Source: Eledone cirrhosa
Taxonomy: Eukaryota
Reading direction: 5' to 3'
NCBI GenBank assembly: GCA_964016885.1
Contig: OZ024741.1
Span: forward strand, 206,150,001-206,214,000
DNA length: 64,000 bases
Shown: positions 42,574-55,724 of the stretch, piece by piece
Layout: the number at the start of each line of letters is the position of its first letter
Numbering within the stretch: position 1 is the stretch's first letter
Notes under the pieces: generated by a model
Database searches by the model: none
What the model saw: only the letters and a program-made list of their open reading frames with translations
Told to the model about the DNA's origin: nothing
Made by a program: the position numbers and the translations under genes

Positions 42574-45034
42574 TTATTGTTATAGTCGAATGGTTAGTAT
42601 ACTTTAATATATTCTTTTTATTGATTTATATTCTCCATTCCTTCCGTAGGTAATATGGAAAAGGATTGATAGTCTCCAGTAGTGGAATTTCAGAAAGAAT
42701 ACTGGACCAGAAATACATATAGTAATCTATTCGACATTACTATGGGCTCTAGTGATTCTGCTCAAATTACCGATCTTGTGGGCCTCTTTCTTCTATTTAA
42801 CATAAATGCTTCTTTTCCCCACTTTAAAGGTGGTTTATATCGTGATGACTGTCTTTTTCTTTCCACTAACCTTAGCCTATCAGAAATTGAAAAAAATAAA
42901 AAAATTATTAGAACTTTCCTCAAAGACTATTATAGTTTCACTATTACATTTGAAAACACCAGTAAAGTAGTTAATTTCCTTGATATAACTTTAGACTTAT
43001 CTACGAGTATCTACCAACCTTACCATAAACCAAACCAAAACTTACATTACATACACTCACATTCCAATCACCCTAGATCTATCTTTAAAAACCTAGCATA
43101 TAATATCTCACTCAGAATTTCTAACCTTTCATCTAACTAGGATGTATTCGATAAAAATGCGACCTTTTATAACGAAGCTTTAGCTAGAAGCGGCCACAAA
43201 AACAAATTAGTATATATACCTTGTACCAATGATACTACAAACATACAACCCAATATTACCAACAAACACCAAATGAAAAATACACAATTAAATGCCACTC
43301 ACACTATACCCCCAAAATACCAACTTAAAACTTAATTTCTCTACCTCTTCTCACATACAATATAATAACTTTCAAAACACCAGTCATCCTAATACTCCAA
43401 TATATGTTAATAACATTACTAACACAATTCCTAATAATCAGGCTAAAACACCTAAATCAGTGAATCTAACTAAACATATGTACAATAAATTCACTAATAC
43501 TAACTCTCTTAGTAAACATCAGGATACATCGTATACAAATAAAAAACAGCATCGAAACCGTTATAGACGAGTTACTTGGTATAATGCTCCATTTAATCTA
43601 CAAATTAAAGATAATATCCCTAAATTGTTTTTTACTATCGTAGAGAAAAACTCCCCGCTAAACCATAAATACCATCAAATTTTAAATAGATCAACGGTCA
43701 AACTCCACTACCAAAAATATACAACAAAATATAAGTGCCTACAATGCATATAAATGTAAAAAACCCCATCAAACTAACCATAATACTAAAATAAACCACA
43801 GCAAACCACCATCTCCTTCACATACAACAAGTCGAGTAAATTCCACACCTAATTTGACTAACTCCCCTGATATAATATTCACGAAAGGTTGTAACTGTAG
43901 AAACAAAGCAAATTGCCCATTAAAAGGAAATTGCCTTATTAATAACATAGTATATAAATGTAAAATTAGCACTAAGGACTCAACTTATTCATATATAGGA
44001 GCTACTTATAACCAATTTAAAGTAACAAACACAGTTTTAAAAATGCCACATTAGCTAATACAACATCCTTAGCTGAAATAATTAATAATTATAGAAAAAA
44101 GAATATCGATTATAACCTGACCTGGAGTGTGCTCAAAAGGGCCACCCCTTATCAAAATAACAGATATGAGTGTAGATTATGTTCCCAGGAACTTTTTGAA
44201 ATAATGAAATCTAAGGATATCCTATTAAATAAGCGACAGGAATTAATTATATCGTGCAATCATGGAATTAGAAGAACTTTCAAATATTATAAACCTAATT
44301 AATATACACTTATATTTTACAAATTATTATAATTATTTTTTTATTTATTTTTTTAAAAATATTTTTATTTTTTAATTTAGTTAACCTATAATTAGTATTT
44401 TACTACTGAGAACTTCATACTTTTATTTCCCTTTTACAGCTATCTTTTCCTAAAATTAATACCTATAAGAATACATATAAACTATTTTAATTTCCTGTTA
44501 TGAATCTAAATTCCTTGTAGTCTATATAAGTTTGTTATTTCTCACTAATACATTTATCCCCCCAAAAATGTTTTTCCTTCGTTTTTAACAACATTCTTTA
44601 ATAACATCTAACTCTTATTTATCACATCTATATGAATTAATATAAATTTATCCCTATAAATACACCTATCAATTAAATTAATTTAATTTCTTTTTATAGA
44701 TCTAAATTCCTTATGTTTTAAATAAGATTGGTATTTCTCACTAACACATTTATCCTAACATTTTATTCTCCTTCGATTTTAACATTATATTCTTTAATAA
44801 CATCAAATTTTCGAGTAGTTTTCACCGGCTTGACCTCTTTTCATCCCCAAAGTAATTTTTTCATTCAAAATATTCTTTCCATTCAAAACTGAAGTCTACC
44901 CCTAAATTAAATTTCTACTACTACTATTCTATCAACTTGACCACTTACTACTTTTCTATTGGTCAATTCAAAACCTGTTCCCAAACAGACCTATTATATT
45001 AAATCTTTGTTGGTTTTGTTCAATAAACAAATAT

Positions 45035-45170
45035 CATTATTTCTGAAGACAGCATATATATGTGTAGGTATGTATATTCCCTCTGATAGTTTGTACAATT
45101 TTTACATAGATCTATATGATATACATACCAACACACACATATATATCGTAGAAACGATCGTAAAATGATG
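45035..45170 (+). ncRNA. Type I hammerhead ribozyme with about 100-nt stem II
   Basis: CATTATTT-CTGAAGA-long hairpin-GAAA-CGATCGT-A-AAATGATG. Confidence 0.75.
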
Positions 45171-46189
45171 AATTTTTTAATATAAGGAACTGTTTCTTTG
45201 TTTTTATTCATTGTTTTTATTAATTTATCTTGACTCTGTTTTCCTGTGATTTTCATCGAAAAAACTTTGGAATACATATCTTTTCATGATATTTGGATTA
45301 CATTGAGTTCTTCATACGGATTGGACACTACCGTATATTTTGGTAGATTTATCTACATATATATATAGAGAGATATTTGAAAAAAGGAAAAGAATGACTT
45401 CAGTTGTAGTTCTAAACAATTTGATTCCATTTTATAATATTATAATATAAAATTAAATCAATTTGTTTAGTGAAGTCATTCTTTTCCTTTTTTAAAATAT
45501 ACCTAACTGTACCAAAGATTTCACAGATTTTCCAATATATATATATATATATTTGTGTGTGTGTGCATGTGTGTGTATGTGTGTATGTGTGCGTATATAT
45601 ATATATATACATGTAAGCAGGGACTATTCAAGGTGAGTAAATATGTTGCTCGTGGGAATTGTATGTATAAGGTGTATTGTAGGCAGAATGTGGATTGTGT
45701 TCATGTAAAAAAAAATGAATTGTTTACGTAGAATTTGAATGAGAATTGGGTGAAACTATAAAATCAATTATATATAAATATATAAAGAGGCTGGTTAGTG
45801 TGTCAATAATTTTAAGGTGTCTTATCAAGTAAGGTTATATATTTCCGAAGGGTTAGTTCAGTTCTCTCTAAATAATTTTCATTGTTTACTTAAATTCACA
45901 GAAAGAATTTCCAGTTGTATTAATATTAATAAAACTACTTATTAGTTTCTTTCATAGCGATTTCATCTCAGAGAAACGTACTGATTAAAAAAAAAAAAAA
46001 AAAAAAAATGAACTATATTTTCAAACATTGATTGGTACAAAAAAAACTATTCCAGATTTGGCATTTAAGATAAAGTTTTTTTGATGACTAGCCGGAATTT
46101 TCGGTAACATTTAGGGCATCTTATCAAATTATCACGAAAGAAAAAAAAAGAAAACAAAAATACGTACATACAAAACATTCAGCATTATT

Positions 46190-46372
46190 TTGGCAGTGTC
46201 GGTAGAAGGTCGGAAGCCAAGCTTTGACGCATAGAGTTACGGCCCTTGCCAATCTGAGTTCAAATCCCGCCGAGGTTAACTTTGCCTTTCATCTTTACGG
46301 GGTCGATAAAATAAAGTACCAGTAATGTACTGGGTAATTGCTGGCCTTGTGCCAAAAGTAGAAACAATTATT
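46190..46372 (+). mobile_element. tRNA-derived SINE
   Basis: Near-consensus copy of the window's SINE family. Confidence 0.85.
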
Positions 46373-46473
46373 ATAGCATTATTATATGTGTGTGTATATA
46401 CATATATATTTGTATATATGAATATCTGTGCGCGTGTATATATATATATTATATACTATATATTATATTATAT

Positions 46474-46509
<36 letters not shown>

Positions 46510-46820
46510 ATATAATATAATATATATTATATAATATATATATACATATATATATATACACGCGCACAGATATTCATATATACAAATATATATATATGTA
46601 TATACACACACACACACATATATATATAATAAATATAAACATAATATATATGCGTATATGTATGTATATGTGTGTCTATGTCCTCTGTGACACAAAAAAT
46701 ATAATTTTGTGCAAATTGACTAGATCTTGTATTATTCAAAATAAAGCAATTGTTTGGTTTTGAGGCTTAAACAATTTATTAGTTCGTACTTGTCGCTCTT
46801 TCTTCCTCTCTCTATCTCTG

Positions 46821-46882
<62 letters not shown>

Positions 46883-46984
46883 GAAATATATGGAGAATAG
46901 AAATGGCTGTGTAAGTTGCTATTTAAGGTAACTTAAAATGCAGTGGGAATACAAGAAAGCAAGAACAGGGTAGGGGGGAGTTTT

Positions 46985-47054
46985 CCTCATCAGTTGTCTA
47001 CTGGAGTTCTAGGATATTTCTACGCTTTAAAGACAAGATACCACTTCACCCCAG
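46985..47054 (-). ncRNA. Permuted hammerhead-like motif (copy E)
   Basis: Reverse complement reads ctggggt-gaagt-GGTAT-C-TTGTCT-ttaaagcgta-GAAATATCC-taga-actccag-t-AGACAA-CTGATGA-gg. Confidence 0.55.
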
Positions 47055-47309
47055 GGCGTCAATAACTGGATAAGTTATTGGGAAAACGAAGGAAGGAGGG
47101 AAGGAAAGCCAAGGGGAAGAAAAGAGAAATATATATATAGTGGGTGGGATATGAGTATAGCACGAAGCAGCTTGTGTTTATCCACACGTTAGATAATATA
47201 GAAAATGTTCACAAGCATTAATATTGTACAGTTTAAAGCAATAATATTAAACTACAAATACGTTCCACAGTTATTAAATCTTATATAAACTTTATAATTA
47301 TTTTATGTA

Positions 47310-47715
47310 ATAATTGTTTCTACATTTGGCAGAAGGTCAGGAATTTGAATGGAAGGGTAAAATCGACTAAATCAACCCTGTAAGGATAACATTGAAAGCT
47401 AACCTCGGCGCGATTTGAACTCGGAGCGTAAAGAGCCATAAATAAATACGTCAAAGCATGGCGTCCGACCCTCTACCGATTCTGCCAATCCACCGCCCTA
47501 AAATATTGGTTTCTTATATAGGCACGAGGTCAGTGATTTTGGGGGAGGGGAAAGTTGATTAAATCGACCCCAGTGCGTGACTGGTACTTTATTTTATCGA
47601 CCCCGTGAGGATGAAAGGCAAAGTTAACCTCGGCGGGATTTGAACTCAGATCATAAAGGGCCGTAACTCATTGCTGCAAAGCATGGCGTCCGACCTTCTA
47701 CCGATATTGCCAATA
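47310..47715 (-). mobile_element. Two adjacent tRNA-derived SINE copies
   Basis: Two GATTTGAACTC B-box complements with family core sequence. Confidence 0.8.
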
Positions 47716-49149
47716 CATCGCAATACTTATTACGTTAGTTACCGTTTATCATCTAACAAAAGCGTTTTGTCAATATGTTTTCTATATGACGGTGTTTATT
47801 GGTAATTTCAGTTACAGTATATCTCCCAAATATATCTAGAATACGTACGTCTTTTCTTACAACAACACATTACTATAGTCAAATGTGAACCAGTTTATAT
47901 CAAGTTGCATAATACTGTCTTGATAATACCACAAATTTCACTGAAATTAGCCATAAACACAATTATATCGAAGACAGCGCAGGTTTTGAGAATATTTCCA
48001 CTTATTTAATATATTTTACAGATATGTGTGAGGCAAAATCCTATGAAATTTGTAAACAGACATTTCAAAGAAGAAATAAACTGAATTATTGTCAACAATC
48101 AAAAAAAAAGCTTTCACTGTTTGATGATAAACAGCAATTAATATAATTAATATCATTGTAATATTCTGATGACCTGTATATGCTAGTGTGCATTTTCCTC
48201 TTTAAACACACTCACACACACACACAAACACACACACACACACTCACACACACGCACACACACACACTACATACACACACACACAGTCACTAACAAATCT
48301 CGCATACATAATGGGTGGGATACAATCATTTAAAAGTTGTAGAAATATAGCCACATATAATTAAATAACAAAATTAATTCAAATGAAAACCGTCTTTGCC
48401 TAGCCTGAAAATCGCTGGGGCGTGAAACTCGATTCGCAAGAAAAAGTAAGCAGCTTAAATAAATAGAATATTTGAATATATCCTTATATACACGCCTACA
48501 TACATACATACATACATACATACATACATACATACATACATACATACATACATAGGTACGTACGTACATGTATACATACATACATACGTACGTACATACA
48601 TACATGGTGGCTGCCAACTCGTTTTCGAGTACGGCCACTACTTTATCTCCATGTAGGAGAACCCCTACCGATGCACTGAACGAGTGTGACTTTTTAGTCC
48701 AGCCAGCGACTTGAAAACTCTGGTACAAACACTACACTTGTGACAATTATTGACACATAGTGCTGGGCCCATGGTACCATGTGATGACAAGTGCAGAGAG
48801 ATCTCCAGATATAAAGCAAAAATGCCTGTTCCGTGAAGATTTTATAGTGAGCAAAGGCATTGCACAAAGCCAGTCCCACTCTCTTAACCAATATGATATT
48901 TACCAAAAAGAAGAACAAGTCAACATCATTGGATACCATCAGAGTTGCAGGTGTTATATCAGAGTTTTTCTTCTCCTAGAATTCTGCCTTGACAAAGGCT
49001 AAGGGGTCATACATACATACATACATACATACATACATACATACATACATACATACATACATACATACATACATACATACATACATTCGTACGTACATAC
49101 ATACATTCATACGTACATACGTACGTACATATGTACATGCATACATTCA

Positions 49150-49290
49150 TAAAGAGTATGAACGAAGTATCAATATAGCATCGTTATGTTTATTCACGCG
49201 TGATGCGCGATTTCAGATCGATCAGCTGAAGGAACGATCGAGCGCGAAACGCGCGTTACACGTGAATAAACATAATGATGCTTTATTGAT
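49150..49290. repeat. Fold-back hairpin containing the 3' half of a hammerhead (GAAACGCGCGT)
   Basis: About 55-bp inverted arms around a loop of about 30 nt. Confidence 0.75.
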
Positions 49291-49329
49291 GCCTCGTTCC
49301 TACCCCTTATTATTATTATAAGAGCATGC

Positions 49330-49520
49330 GGTGGATTGGCACTATCGGCAGAACGTCAGACACCATGCATTGAAGCATAGAGTTATGTCTCTTTACATTC
49401 AGAGTTCAAATCCCGCCTAGAGTAACTTTGCCTTTCATCCTTACGGGCTCGATAAAATAAAGTACCAGTAATGCACTGAGGTAATTGTTGGCCTTGTGGC
49501 AAAAGTAGAAACAATTATTA
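49330..49520 (+). mobile_element. tRNA-derived SINE
   Basis: Family head, core and tail; flanking direct repeat TTATTATTATAAGAGCATGCG. Confidence 0.8.
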
Positions 49521-50589
49521 TTATAAGAGCATGCGCTTGTAGGCTGGCTGATTTAGAGCGTCGGGTGGTTTAGGATTTATTCCTAAGTCATCCAGGGTGA
49601 AATTTTCATTTCTGTAATTCTTTTGTTGATTGTTATTTGTTTGCTAATTTCTTTCTACATGAATAGCTTAACGTTACACAACAATGAATACATAACTACA
49701 TGCATACATACGTACATACATATATGATGATGGCTGCAATTCGATTTCGAGTAATGCCATCACTAGATACTTGCCAGCAATATCATGCATCGCAAAAAGT
49801 CACAAATCAAGCGATACCTGTGCTTGAAACTTTTTTAAGTGAGGAAAGGCTTTACACTGGACCAATCTTATACTCTGAACATCGAATGCTTTTGCCCAAA
49901 ACGAAGAACTGCTCTACATCATTGGATGCAAACGAAGTCGCAGGTTTTATATCAGAGTGACCTTCTCCTAAAGAGTTGTCTTAATGAAGACTAGGAGTCC
50001 CTCGCTCCACAAAAAAAATCTTTATTGGATGGCCGTTGACTCTTCTAAATTCCTCCGCCGTTTGAAGGGTTTCGTTTTTCATCCCACAGGGACTCCAAAA
50101 TCACCCTCCTCACCAAGCAAGCCTAGTGGGGTTGCCGGTTTAGTCGCCGACGACCCGACCATGCGCAGGTTGTACTGGGTTACATGGTACTAGTAGCGCA
50201 GAAGAGCGATTTGACATACATACATGATGGCTACCCCCTCGTTATCGCGTATGGCCATTGCACGATATAACATTAATAATTATCAATTAATGCTATCGTG
50301 CAATGCCTGTGCGTGAAGATTCTTTTAAAGTGAGGAAAGAATGCTCACTGAGCCAATCCCACTCTCTGAGCGACAGTAGAGTAGCTATAACCTGAAAGAA
50401 GAGAAGATCAACATCATAGGTAACTACTGAGCAGCAGGTTTTATGTCTGAGTTATTCCAGTTTCCTGATTTTCCTTCTCCTAGAAGGCCCTGACAAAGGC
50501 TAGGGGTCATTCACTTCCAGTGTTTTAACTGCGCGATAGGGTATCCAGCCCGATTATTTCTATGTCCCCGCACATATACATACACATGC

Positions 50590-50995
50590 ATACATTGGGT
50601 GAAATAATTCAAAGATGGCAGTAGTTCATCACTTATTGATGCTCCTCATTCTGGCCGTCCTTGCACAACCACTACTCATGCCAACGTTCCACTCATTCAA
50701 ATTATCATTGATGGAGAATCAAAACAATCATTGCGTTGCATTGCACATGTTACTGGAATAAACAAAGAAAATTTGTTTTCACTTCATTAGAAGAGGTGGT
50801 AGATGAACCGTTGCACTGATTTCAACAATTGCCGAAAGAATGGTTGTAGAAAGTGTTAAATGCTTTGCATAAGCACTGTAAAGATGTTATTGCATTCAAT
50901 GGAGATTATGTTTGGCAGAATAGATAAATTTTAGTTTAAATATGTTGTGCATTTTCATTTAAAAGGTTATTGTAAGGACTTTATTGCCACGCAAA

Positions 50996-51000
<5 letters not shown>
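50590..51000 (+). mobile_element. Tc1/mariner transposase remnant (internally deleted)
   Basis: FKDG...LIDAPHSGRP and C-terminal FNGDYV-like motifs; ends at TA. Confidence 0.5.
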
Positions 51001-51056
<56 letters not shown>

Positions 51057-51125
51057 AAAGATAAACAGAAATAACAACACAATCGGTACAGTATATGGAA
51101 GGAATATATTAGTATTACGCTTGAA

Positions 51126-51213
<88 letters not shown>

Positions 51214-51241
51214 TTGTGTGTGTATGTATATATATTGTAAA

Positions 51242-51296
<55 letters not shown>

Positions 51297-52409
51297 CACA
51301 TGCGCGCACAGTCAGCACATGTGTGTTTGCGCGTGTGTGTGTATGTGAATGTCTGTGTGACTTTGATTCTGTATCTGTGCATATGTGTGTGTAGACATTA
51401 GCAATGCAAAACAGCAGAAATTTTATATACCATGTCCCACTGAGAATAAATAATTTTTCAAAAGATAATGGTGGTTTTAAATAGTTCAATCGGGGTTTTA
51501 TTGAATTTTTTAAAATAAATAAAAAAATAAAAAATAGGAAATATGAAATTTGTTTATTGAGAAAGAAGATGCTGGTATGAATGATTTATAGCGATTTTTA
51601 TATCGTAATTTAATGATGACGGTGATGAAGATAATCATACAGCTGCCTAGTTAATGTGGACCCATTTAAGCACATCTTTTTTGCCAATCTCACCTTTCTT
51701 GCAAATCTCTAAACATCAACGCATCACCGCTGCCAACACCACCGTTACCAACATCACCGCTGCCAACACCATCGCCATCACCACCGTATCACCACTACTC
51801 CACCTCCACGTAACTTCCAACTCCACCACCATCAACAATTAATGACGACGACAACATTAACAATAACATCGACATCACCATCAAACCACAAATTTCTCCA
51901 CCATGAACAAAACAAAAAAACAAATACAAATTCATGATTAACAATAAAAACTATTAGCGACAATAAAAATTACACACACTTTTAACAATAACAATGAAAA
52001 ATCTTCATCCTCCTCCTCTTCATCATCATCATCATCAACAACACCAACAACAACATCTACACTACTCCCATGAACATTGCCACCGACATCGGCATTAATG
52101 AAGTATTCGAAGTTGAAACAACTCAATAACTACCATACATTTCATGATAAGGAAACTAATTAAGAAACTAATTATCATTATAACGAACATATTAACTAAT
52201 TAAATTCTGTGTAATTACAAATATATAATTATGAGACTCTCAGTAGCAAATAAAACCCCCTCCTACCTTTTACCTTTAAATTCTCTGGTTCATTAACAAA
52301 AAATAACGAACGAAAATATAATGGGTGGGGACACAGGACCCCCCCCCCCCTAAAAAAAAAAAACGAAAGTGAAGTGCGAAACCTAGTCACGCAATATCTC
52401 GCAAATATT

Positions 52410-52586
52410 AAGGTAAGTGTATAACAAAATATGACGGTAAGTGTATAATAAAATATGAAGATAAGTGTATGAAAAAATATGGAGGTAAGTGCATAACCAA
52501 ATATTAAGGTAAGTGTATAACCAAATATGAAGGTAAGTGTATAACAAAATATGAAGGTAAGTGTATAACTAAATATGAAGGTAAGT
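52410..52586. repeat. 24-bp minisatellite, about 7.4 units
   Basis: Consensus AAGGTAAGTGTATAACAAAATATG. Confidence 0.9.
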
Positions 52587-52936
52587 AACTATGATGATAA
52601 AAACGTGTATAAAAACGTCTAGTCTAATAATATTAAGAAAACTTTCTATCATGTTGCGAAGGATGAAAACTAAACGGTAATGGACAATGTCCATGTTATA
52701 TATTTTTCAGGGCCTCCGAGACGAGTAGGTGGAAGAGAGAATTTATCCTAAAATAGGAGACCTAGTTTGAATACCTCCAACAGAATGAATACTGTTAAAA
52801 GCACTCACGGACCAAGTGCTAGTGTTAAAGTGAACGATGGGCATTCTTTGTGGCATTTAGTTGCGTTTCTCTAAGTTCTGGATTAAAATCTCATTAAGAT
52901 GGACTGTAACAGTGTTTCTTCTAACAGCGAAAAAAA

Positions 52937-53229
52937 TTCCTTCTCATCGTATATTAATAATAGTTGTAATAAAATGAATAGCTCCTAGAATAGATGAAAT
53001 TCCAGCTAGATGAAGGGAGAAAATTGCTAGGTCAACTGAAGCTAGGTTGCTTGATAGAGGTGGATAGAGTGTTTATCCGGTTCCTACTCCTCTTTCCACT
53101 GCAGCGGATGTAAGGAGTAAAGTTAAAGAAGGGGGAAGTAGTCAAAATCTTATGTTATTTATTCGTGGAAATGCTATATCTGGAGCTCCTAGTATTAAAG
53201 GAACTAATCAGTTTCTGAAACCACCAATT
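52937..53229 (-). pseudogene. COX1: NUMT: nuclear copy of a mitochondrial cytochrome c oxidase subunit I fragment
   Basis: Invertebrate mitochondrial code gives [57 protein letters not shown][gap][20 protein letters not shown]; in-frame stop and 12-nt deletion. Confidence 0.95.
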
Positions 53230-53566
53230 GTAACCGGTATAACAAAACAAGAAAATGATATAAAGTACCAACGACTCAATTATTAGAGATCAGATTAATC
53301 AACTGGCATCTCTTCTCTCTACTCACAATAGAAAAATTAAGGACTATGATTATTTAGAAATCGCTATTTATTATTTATAAACAAACACGCGTGCGGAAAG
53401 AGAATTGACAAAAAGGAAAGAATCCCATATGTAAGTTACAAAGACCCTGCTTCAATTTAAAGTGAACTCTGAGAGGTGATAGATAATGTTGACTAGAAAT
53501 GTTTGACAATCGATTCCAAAGACCAAAACTGTATTTTACGTGAAGTTGTTACCAATAAAGTAAATA

Positions 53567-53758
53567 TAATTGTTTCTACTATTGGCACAAGGCCAGCAAT
53601 TACCCAGTACATCACTGGTACTTTATTTTATCGACCCCGCAAGGATGAAAGGCAAAGTTAACCTCGGCGGGATTTGAACTCAGAATTGCAAGGGCCGTAA
53701 CTCTATGCGTCAAAGCATGGCGTCCGACCCTCTACCGATACTGCCAATTCACCGCCCT
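53567..53758 (-). mobile_element. tRNA-derived SINE, full-length
   Basis: Complete head-core-tail copy of the family. Confidence 0.9.
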
Positions 53759-54939
53759 GAACTAATTATATCAATTTAGATAATTAAGTTAAAAGCTAAT
53801 GTTTTGAATACACTACACATCTTCATTTAATTGAATTTTTCTATAGTTGCAGGAAAAAAACTAATAAAAAATAGTGCCAAGTTTTCTTTGAGAGCCTGTA
53901 ACCATTGCTGTTGGGTTTTTTTGCTTTCCTTCTATAACTAAGAGGGACATTTCACTTAACGAAATCGCTTTGTGAAAGGCAATCAGTAGACCATCGTTTA
54001 ACTTAATTAGGCCATCAATGTTGCTGTTATTACTGCTGTTTTTTTTTGTTGCTTAGCTCTAAGTCATCTCTAATTGAGTAGAACTATGATCGATCATTTC
54101 GTAATTTACTTCATAACGTTATTATCATAATACTGGTTGTTCTCAAAGTCTTTCATCATGGAAGCAGTATGTGGCGCTAAGTTGAAACTATTGTTGATTT
54201 GTAGATCTGTTTCCATTACGAGAAACAGATCTATGAATCACGAAAGACTTTCTTGTAACTATGATATCTTTCTTTTCAGGCACGGTATGATGTAATATGA
54301 GATTTGGTTTTCACTTCCAGTATGTCTAATGACCACGGAAGAAGAACTCACGTTGACCCGAGGCTGTAATTAATGCAATAGAAAGATGATGAAAGTGGCT
54401 GTCTACATGACTGTTATTAATGGCATTCCTCCATCCATGCACAGTTGGACTAGGCTGGGTCTCATAATGACAAGGGACGTAACTATACACATCAAAGCGT
54501 ATTGTCCGTTGTTTTATCGATTCTTCTATCCATCACACAACTAAAGCAGCTTATAATACTAGTATACAATTAATTATTACTTTTTGGTAATGAGAATTAG
54601 GATGGATGAAATTATAGGTAATTAGGTCAACATCTATTACTTGATTAGTGGCTATCGTATCAATTTCTGAAGCATAGAATACAAAAGGCAGAGGTGAGCT
54701 ACCATTTAGGTTGTATTCCATTGCCCGATTTGTTTTTCTTTGGTTAGAATGTAATTTGATGGGGATAGGCTAGCTGGTTTGTTGTTTTTGCTTTTGTTTC
54801 TTTCAATCTATGAGTAAAGACAGTCGAGTAATGACCATTTCATATTTCAAGTGCATGTAGGACTACACAGTTTATTTTGTCGTTTCCCTTTTTAAAAACG
54901 ATTGTGGTGACTTGGGAGAGATTGAAAAGCTTGGCACCA

Positions 54940-55097
54940 GTGGGGCCACAATACATTTCTACAGTTCAGTGAACTGGAGCAGCGTGAAATAAAGCGTCTA
55001 GTTCAGGGACACAACGCACCGCCCGGTACGGGAATCGAAGTCACAACCTCATGATTGTAAGTCACACGTTCTAACAACTAGGTTATGCATCTTCACA
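54940..55097 (-). mobile_element. Second tRNA-derived SINE family
   Basis: Reverse complement has a tRNA-like head (TAACCTAGTTGTTAG...TTCGATTCCC) then GTTGTGTCCCTGAACTAGACGCTTT. Confidence 0.7.
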
Positions 55098-55364
55098 TAA
55101 CGAAGTATTACATGTATATTTAGATTTTCTTACCTATAAAACTTTTATATTCCAGTAATAAAGCTACTCGTAAAAGAAGTATGGGTCTAACGTAGTTCAA
55201 CACTACTCAGTTATGTCTTCATGATATAATGTGTTCAGGCATTATTGATTAAAACTGTATTCGTAAATATATTACAGGAATGTATACATATATACATACG
55301 CACACGCAAACATCAAACATACACCCATCTAGGAAGACAAATACTTACACACACACACATATAT

Positions 55365-55605
55365 GACACAGAGGAGACTGAGGTTAGCTGGACATGCTCC
55401 CCGACATCCAGAGTTGACATTGCACTCACTGCTCCTGTGGTAGCCCCTACATGGACACACTGGAAGCGGAAGACCAAGGTTAACGTATGTTGATGCCCTA
55501 AGGACAGACACTGGTCTGTTGGAGACGCAGGACATGGCAGCGATAATGAGGGACAGAGACCGCTGGAGAGAACTCGTCCATGGATCTCGGCAATTTTAGC
55601 CGCCC
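55365..55605 (+). mobile_element. RTE-clade LINE 3' fragment
   Basis: RRRLRLAGH...TYVDALRTDTGL...MRDRDRWR. Confidence 0.7.
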
Positions 55606-55644
55606 TAGAGATATATATGTGTGTGTGTGTGTGTGTGTGTATAT

Positions 55645-55719
<75 letters not shown>

Positions 55720-55724
<5 letters not shown>

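Larger units (their letters stand above)
42420..45355 (+). mobile_element. 5'-truncated Penelope-like element (family A; YRDD-type RT + GIY-YIG) with a foreign HHR-bearing 5' segment
   Basis: FDITMGSSDSAQITDLVG...GLYRDD...NFLDI; CNCRNKANCPLKGNCLINNIVYKC...YIGAT; flanked by (TA)n. Confidence 0.9.
48498..50570 (-). mobile_element. Three copies of a short RTE-related non-autonomous element with (ATGT)n tails (about 48604-49010, 49726-50213, 50225-50570)
   Basis: Shared ends ATG(A/G)TGGCT...TCGAGTA next to (TACA)n and shared TTCTCCTA(G/A)A...(G/A)CTA motif resembling RTE 5' UTRs. Confidence 0.55.
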
